Positions 7,036-10,621 of a stretch of 10,621 nt of DNA are shown here, piece by piece. Each line of letters opens with the position of its first letter. Position 1 is the stretch's first letter. Below the pieces are notes generated by a model. It saw nothing but the letters and a program-made list of their open reading frames with translations. It had not been told where the DNA came from and made no database searches. The DNA is taken from assembly GCA_018302685.1 (NCBI GenBank), contig JAGVZK010000005.1, positions 1-10,621 on the forward strand, given 5' to 3'. The position numbers and the translations under genes are program-made. Source of the stretch: Candidatus Woesearchaeota archaeon (GTDB lineage Archaea; Nanobdellota; Nanobdellia; SCGC-AAA011-G17; GW2011-AR20).

Positions 7036-7554
7036 TTAAATAAACTGTATTATTAATGATGCAGCTATTAAAATCAAAAATGTTAATATAATCCCTTGAA
7101 ACGGTATTCTTATGGTTGTTTTTTCCTTTATTTTCCTGTTTAGCAAGGGTGGAATAAAAACTATCAAGCCTCCAAGAAAACTGCTTAGCAATGATAAATC
7201 AATTACATATGTCTTGTTGAGCAAAGTTCCATAACCCCCTGTTAAATTAACACCAAATCCAGCTACACTGGAAAAAATTGGCAGTAAAGGAATTATTGTT
7301 GCTAGGAAAACAATTGTTATTATCAAGGTTTTCTGAAATGGAATATATCTCTTCTTCACAATTTTTGCAAACCACATTCCCATTGACATTGCAAAGGCGC
7401 CAATTAACAGCCCTATAACGATCCTGCTTACTCCAAGATAAACCCCTCCGGCTGCAGCAACTCCGGCGGTTACTGTGCATAATGGGCAGTGGGCATCAGC
7501 ATATCTGGAGAAAGCAAGCGATGCAATGAAAAATAAAGAAATTAATTTTTTCAT
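7036..7554 (-). CDS. Polytopic membrane protein with an HCPLC motif at the predicted mature N-terminus
   Basis: 172 aa. The signal-like N-terminus MKKLISLFFIASLAFSRYADA is followed immediately by HCPLCT and then 4-5 TM helices. It has an ATGA overlap with the DUF411 gene. Confidence 0.6.
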   Translation of the reverse strand: MKKLISLFFIASLAFSRYADAHCPLCTVTAGVAAAGGVYLGVSRIVIGLLIGAFAMSMGMWFAKIVKKRYIPFQKTLIITIVFLATIIPLLPIFSSVAGFGVNLTGGYGTLLNKTYVIDLSLLSSFLGGLIVFIPPLLNRKIKEKTTIRIPFQGIILTFLILIAASLIIQFI

Positions 7555-8033
7555 ATTCTCATGAATTCATCATAGCTTCCATCATTGTTAACCTGATAAA
7601 CAATAAAGTCGCTTTTTTTTGTTCCAGGCATCCCAGGGCTCCCTGAAGGCATTCCAGGCATTGCAATCCCCTTTATGTCAGGCTTTTCCATCATTAATCT
7701 CTCTACAGCCTCCAATGGGATATGGCCCTCAATAAAATAATCTCCTATGATTGTTGTATGGCAACTTTCCAGTTCCAGAGGAATTTCGTATTCCTGTTTT
7801 ATTGAATCAATGCTCTCCATGCTGATTATTTCAGTTTCGGAATTTCCCTTACTCCTAAAATAGCTTGAATAGACTCCGCAGCATCCGCAGCTCCCTGATT
7901 TGTAAAGTTTTATTTCTCCCTGAAAATTCCTGACATTTTCAAAACTGCTTGCCTTGTCTGCATTAATGGCAAAAATTCCTATGACAACAGTCGATAAGAT
8001 TATTACGGCCCATATCATTGATTTTTTCTTCAT
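7551..8033 (-). CDS. copG: DUF411 / CopG-family copper-binding protein, membrane-anchored or secreted
   Basis: 160 aa with an N-terminal TM. The diagnostic DUF411 blocks are CGCCGVY, SCHTTIIGDYFIEGHIPLEAVERL and KGIAMPGMPSGSPGM. Confidence 0.85.
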   Translation of the reverse strand: MKKKSMIWAVIILSTVVIGIFAINADKASSFENVRNFQGEIKLYKSGSCGCCGVYSSYFRSKGNSETEIISMESIDSIKQEYEIPLELESCHTTIIGDYFIEGHIPLEAVERLMMEKPDIKGIAMPGMPSGSPGMPGTKKSDFIVYQVNNDGSYDEFMRI

Positions 8034-8210
8034 TTAGCACCCTCCAACCATTCCACCATATGATACTGCACTTTGCGCCGCAGAGCCCGCTGCCTGCACT
8101 GTTTCAACACCTACTCCGGCTTTAAAGCTCAGGAATAATGCGGCAATAAAAAGCACTCCAATAGCTATCCATAGCGTAGTTTTTCTGTTCATAATGTTTA
8201 TATTATTCAT
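8034..8210 (-). CDS. Unannotated 58-aa TM-anchored protein ending in -GGMVGGC, paralog of 8324..8566
   Basis: My own translation gives MNNINIMNRKTTLWIAIGVLFIAALFLSFKAGVGVETVQAAGSAAQSAVSYGGMVGGC*. AAGGAGGT lies 5 nt upstream of ATG 8210, and an alternative ATG is at 8192. The TAA stop abuts the copG ATG. It aligns with the 80-aa protein at the TM segment, the AGVxG box and the tail. Confidence 0.65.
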   Translation of the reverse strand: MNNINIMNRKTTLWIAIGVLFIAALFLSFKAGVGVETVQAAGSAAQSAVSYGGMVGGC

Positions 8211-8211
8211 T

Positions 8212-8322
8212 TTATACCTCCTTGATTTTCTTATTGGACTTTTTTCTCACAAATCGAAATAAACTCTTGTTTTCGAGATCCTTACAACATTCTTCCTCAT
8301 CTTTCGTTTTGCAACAATTCAT
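8212..8322 (-). CDS. 36-aa Cys-pair micro-protein (CC-x8-CC) with a basic tail
   Basis: MNCCKTKDEEECCKDLENKSLFRFVRKKSNKKIKEV*. The supplied 64-aa ORF (8212..8406) overlaps the 80-aa gene. The internal ATG at 8322 lies 1 nt after that gene's stop with GGAGGG upstream. The same TAAAATGAAT junction recurs at the next gene boundary. Confidence 0.5.
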   Translation of the reverse strand: MNCCKTKDEEECCKDLENKSLFRFVRKKSNKKIKEV

Positions 8323-8323
8323 T

Positions 8324-8566
8324 TTAACACCCTCCCACCATTCCATTGGAACTGCTTCGAGCTGCTCCGCTGCCGGCCTTAGCTGGAATTGTTCCATGCA
8401 TTTCATAGTTCATTATTTCATTTTCTGTCCAGCCGGAAGTGTCTATTTTATCTTCGTTGGGCAATTGTGCAACCACATTTCCGGTTACACCTGCCTGAAA
8501 TACAAAAAATGAAACAACTAAAAATAGCATTCCAATAATGCTCCATAAAATTGTTCGTTCTTCCAT
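8324..8566 (-). CDS. 80-aa TM-anchored protein ending in -NGMVGGC
   Basis: MEERTILWSIIGMLFLVVSFFVFQAGVTGN…AKAGSGAARSSSNGMVGGC*. Its ATG abuts the TAG of the upstream gene, with GGGGGG 7 nt upstream. It is a paralog of the 58-aa protein with a ~25-aa insert (…DTSGWTENEIMNYEMHGTIP). Confidence 0.7.
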   Translation of the reverse strand: MEERTILWSIIGMLFLVVSFFVFQAGVTGNVVAQLPNEDKIDTSGWTENEIMNYEMHGTIPAKAGSGAARSSSNGMVGGC

Positions 8567-9235
8567 CTAACAGCCCCCCACCATTTGTCCGTCAGAAGTT
8601 TGTCCTTGTTCAATGCCCCTGTAAAGGTTAGAAGCTAAGTTGATGTAATTTGTGAAATCAACACCATTTGCTTTAAGTATATCCGCCTTCTGCTCATGTA
8701 TTCCAGGGAAGAACAGAACTTTCCATTTCCCTAATTCGGACAGTATTTCTTCATTAGACATTTCCGGATGATTTATCAGCAGATACTTTGCAACACCCCT
8801 CATTGCATAACTATGTGCGCATCCGCACGCCCTCTCTCCGTTTGAGAAAATTATCGCCTTTGCACCGCAGCAGTATTCACACGATATTGAGCTGCCAATC
8901 CCAATGTATCTTGCCATTTGTTCCTGATTCAGATCCATATCTTCATATTGTGATAATTTCCTTATTGTAGCATCTGCAAGTCCGGGATTACCCGCAGAAA
9001 TATCATCGTACCTTACCCCTATTTCTACCCCATAAACTGCCGGCATTCCTTTAGGGATTATCTCTGATGCAGAAACAATCCCAACACCAGTAGCGATTCC
9101 ATTTTCAGAATAAATTCTTCCAACATTGAACACGATTACCAGTGCCAAAATAGCCATTATACCTAGCTGCACATAAAATTCCGTGTTTTCATTTTTTGCC
9201 TTGCTTGAGTTTTTCATGATAATCTTCCAGAACAA
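8567..9235 (-). CDS. First operon gene: TM-anchored extracytoplasmic Cys-rich domain protein ending in -DGQMVGGC
   Basis: 222 aa, or 216 aa from ATG 9217. It has an N-terminal TM (LGIMAILALVIVFNV). The Cys cluster is SCEYCCGAKAIIFSNGERACGCAHSYAMRG (C-x2-CC … C-x-C-x-H), reminiscent of PCYCGC-type motif proteins by memory only. The C-terminus is QMVGGC*. Confidence 0.7.
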   Translation of the reverse strand: MFWKIIMKNSSKAKNENTEFYVQLGIMAILALVIVFNVGRIYSENGIATGVGIVSASEIIPKGMPAVYGVEIGVRYDDISAGNPGLADATIRKLSQYEDMDLNQEQMARYIGIGSSISCEYCCGAKAIIFSNGERACGCAHSYAMRGVAKYLLINHPEMSNEEILSELGKWKVLFFPGIHEQKADILKANGVDFTNYINLASNLYRGIEQGQTSDGQMVGGC

Positions 9236-9307
9236 GAATTATATAACTCCTTTTGTGAAACTAGTTTCAACAGCAAGATTTTTAAAGATCATATTAAAAA
9301 AAGATGT
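9236..9307. promoter_or_regulatory. Divergent promoter/operator region containing a perfect 14-bp palindrome TGAAACTAGTTTCA (9256..9269)
   Basis: This is the only sizeable non-coding gap flanking the operon. The A/T-rich TATA-like box TTTTTAAAGA / TTTAAAAATC (about 9279..9288) reads on both strands. It lies ~25 nt upstream of the regulator ATG at 9308, consistent with a leaderless archaeal-type mRNA. The palindrome sits between that box and the operon start. Confidence 0.45.
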
Positions 9308-9796
9308 ATGGAAAATAAATACGTTGGATACTTATTAATGGGGATTTCTATACTGGTTATAGTTATCATATTATTGTTTAACTCCACACTGAAAGAAATT
9401 GTGAAAGAGAGCTGTGGGGAAGCTCACGGTTTAACATGCCCAATGAATGAAACTGTGAATGAACAGACATACCTTGCATTGGGGGTTGTTGGCCTACTGA
9501 TAATAGTGAGCCTTGTTTTGATATTCTCAAAGCCCCAGAAAGAAATTATTTTCAAGACAAGAACAATAGAGAAAAAAGCCAAAAAGAAAAAGATTGATAC
9601 AAGCGGATTAAAGCCAGAAGAAAAGATGGTTTTGGAGATTATCCAAAAGGATAAGGCGGTTTTTCAGGCTGACCTAATAGAGAAGACGGAGTTTGGGAAG
9701 GCAAAGATGACAAGAATAATTGACAGGCTTGAGGGAAAGGAATTCGTTGAAAGGAAGAGAAGAGGATTGACAAATGTTGTTGTTATGAAGGATTAA
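9308..9796 (+). CDS. Membrane-tethered winged-helix (MarR/TrmB-like) transcriptional regulator with a Cys/His/Met extracytoplasmic loop
   Basis: 162 aa. TM1 is YLLMGISILVIVIILLF, the loop is …KESCGEAHGLTCPMNE… and TM2 is LALGVVGLLIIVSLVLIF. After a Lys-rich linker comes a C-terminal wHTH: EEKMVLEIIQKDKAVFQADLIEKTEFGKAKMTRIIDRLEGKEFVERKRRGLTNVVVMK. It is divergent from the operon. Confidence 0.7.
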   Translation: MENKYVGYLLMGISILVIVIILLFNSTLKEIVKESCGEAHGLTCPMNETVNEQTYLALGVVGLLIIVSLVLIFSKPQKEIIFKTRTIEKKAKKKKIDTSGLKPEEKMVLEIIQKDKAVFQADLIEKTEFGKAKMTRIIDRLEGKEFVERKRRGLTNVVVMKD

Positions 9797-9831
9797 ATGT
9801 TTAAACCACAAAGTTATCCTAATAAGAAATT

Positions 9832-10325
9832 TCAAATTGAGAATGCGTGAAATAAATAATTTGTTTTTATGGCAAAGTTGTCACGGACTTCTTTCTTAGT
9901 AAGGCTGTCTAATTCAAGGAATCTTGATCTATAGTGCAGAAGCATAGATTCCACGCTAATTACTCGTTCTCTATCGAGATGCTTGTCTTCCCTCATTTTT
10001 AATTTCCTAGCTTTTTCAAGATAGTGATTAGTTTCTAAAAATCTTTTTATTGTTTTGTATGACTTTCTTATCTTTTCTTTGTATTTTTTTCCAAATCTCT
10101 TATACTTATCTTTGAAAAATTACTCCCTAAATTGCACATATCTTTTGTGATAACTCTTCCACATTTTCTTACAGATATCATTAAAGAGTAATATTTTTTG
10201 TCTCCTATCTTTTTTACATGGATATATTCCATACATAATGAATTATGCAATAATATGCAAATATCCCTCTTACAATTTAATTTTGAAAAGTAGTGGGATA
10301 AACCTGAAGAAAAATTGATGTTCAT
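9832..10325 (-). pseudogene. Frameshifted and probably truncated gene remnant in a very AT-rich stretch (possibly Fic-like or mobile-element-associated, uncertain)
   Basis: The 85-aa ORF (10068..10325) contains IHVKKIGDKKYYSLMISVRKCGRVITKDMCNLG. It stops at 10068, but a second frame is open from ~10115 to TGA 9832..9834. That frame reads …KYKEKIRKSYKTIKRFLETNHYLEKARKLKMREDKHLDRERVISVESMLLHYRSRFLELDSLTKKEVRDNFAIKTNYLFHAFSI*. The two frames overlap across an A7 homopolymer (forward T7 at 10085..10091). Confidence 0.35.
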
Positions 10326-10381
10326 TTAGTATCTTTTTAATTAAGCGGGGGACCTATTTTGTTTTTAAGTTTTCTTGATTT

Positions 10382-10621
<240 letters not shown>

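Noticed and set aside
8323-8406. N-terminal extension of the 64-aa ORF (MKCMEQFQLRPAAEQLEAVPMEWWEGVK…)
   Set aside because: It overlaps the 3' end of the 80-aa MVGGC gene out of frame. The internal ATG at 8322, with an SD and the repeated TAAAATGAAT junction, gives a non-overlapping gene consistent with the operon's packing.
559-8970. Other overlapping ORFs from the track: 559..753(+), 3548..3733(+), 4112..4309(+), 4428..4619(+), 4432..4671(-), 4544..4762(+), 5512..5790(+), 6305..6493(+), 7247..7480(-), 8222..8512(+), 8788..8970(+)
   Set aside because: Each is fully embedded in or antisense to a better-supported minus-strand gene that has TM or motif structure and translational coupling. They show no independent start signals or recognisable domains.
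8034-9235. C-terminal GG-C as a ubiquitin-like/ThiS-MoaD-type sulfur-carrier tail needing C-terminal trimming (as in -GGCF of QbsE)
   Set aside because: These proteins have N-terminal TM helices and no room or pattern for a beta-grasp fold. No E1-like or JAMM protease genes are present.
224-9235. Interpretation of the island as a mercury (mer) operon because of MerT/MerP-like logic (CC and CxxC helices, HMA protein)
   Set aside because: There is no MerA reductase and no MerR. The ATPase has the complete Cu(I)-specific P1B-1 signature (CPC, YNx4P, Mx2SSx5N), and DUF411/CopG and the cupredoxins point to copper.

Overview
AT-rich prokaryotic window, roughly 35-40 % G+C by eye. The style fits an uncultivated archaeon (DPANN-like) or a small-genome bacterium, and I cannot decide which from sequence alone. 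One very long minus-strand operon (224..9235) dominates the window. It holds about 20 genes with no gap over ~25 nt, many 1-11 nt stop/start overlaps and GGAGG/GGGGG Shine-Dalgarno-like boxes. The recognisable parts all concern copper or thiol handling: a P1B-1 Cu(I) ATPase (CopA) with a separate overlapping CopZ chaperone, two paralogous cupredoxins (one with an exact CuA motif), a DUF411/CopG copper protein and a DsbA-family oxidoreductase. Between and upstream of these lie ~14 uncharacterised, mostly membrane proteins with paired Cys, His or Met motifs. Four micro-ORFs fall below or are obscured in the supplied ORF track. Most striking are three consecutive membrane-anchored proteins that all end in -MVGGC-COOH. 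A divergent gene (9308..9796, +) encodes a two-TM, membrane-tethered winged-helix regulator with a Cys/His/Met loop. A perfect 14-bp palindrome lies in the shared promoter region. The right end holds a very AT-rich frameshifted gene remnant and the 3' part of an HtrA-like serine protease running off the window. No rRNA, tRNA, CRISPR array or intact mobile element was seen.
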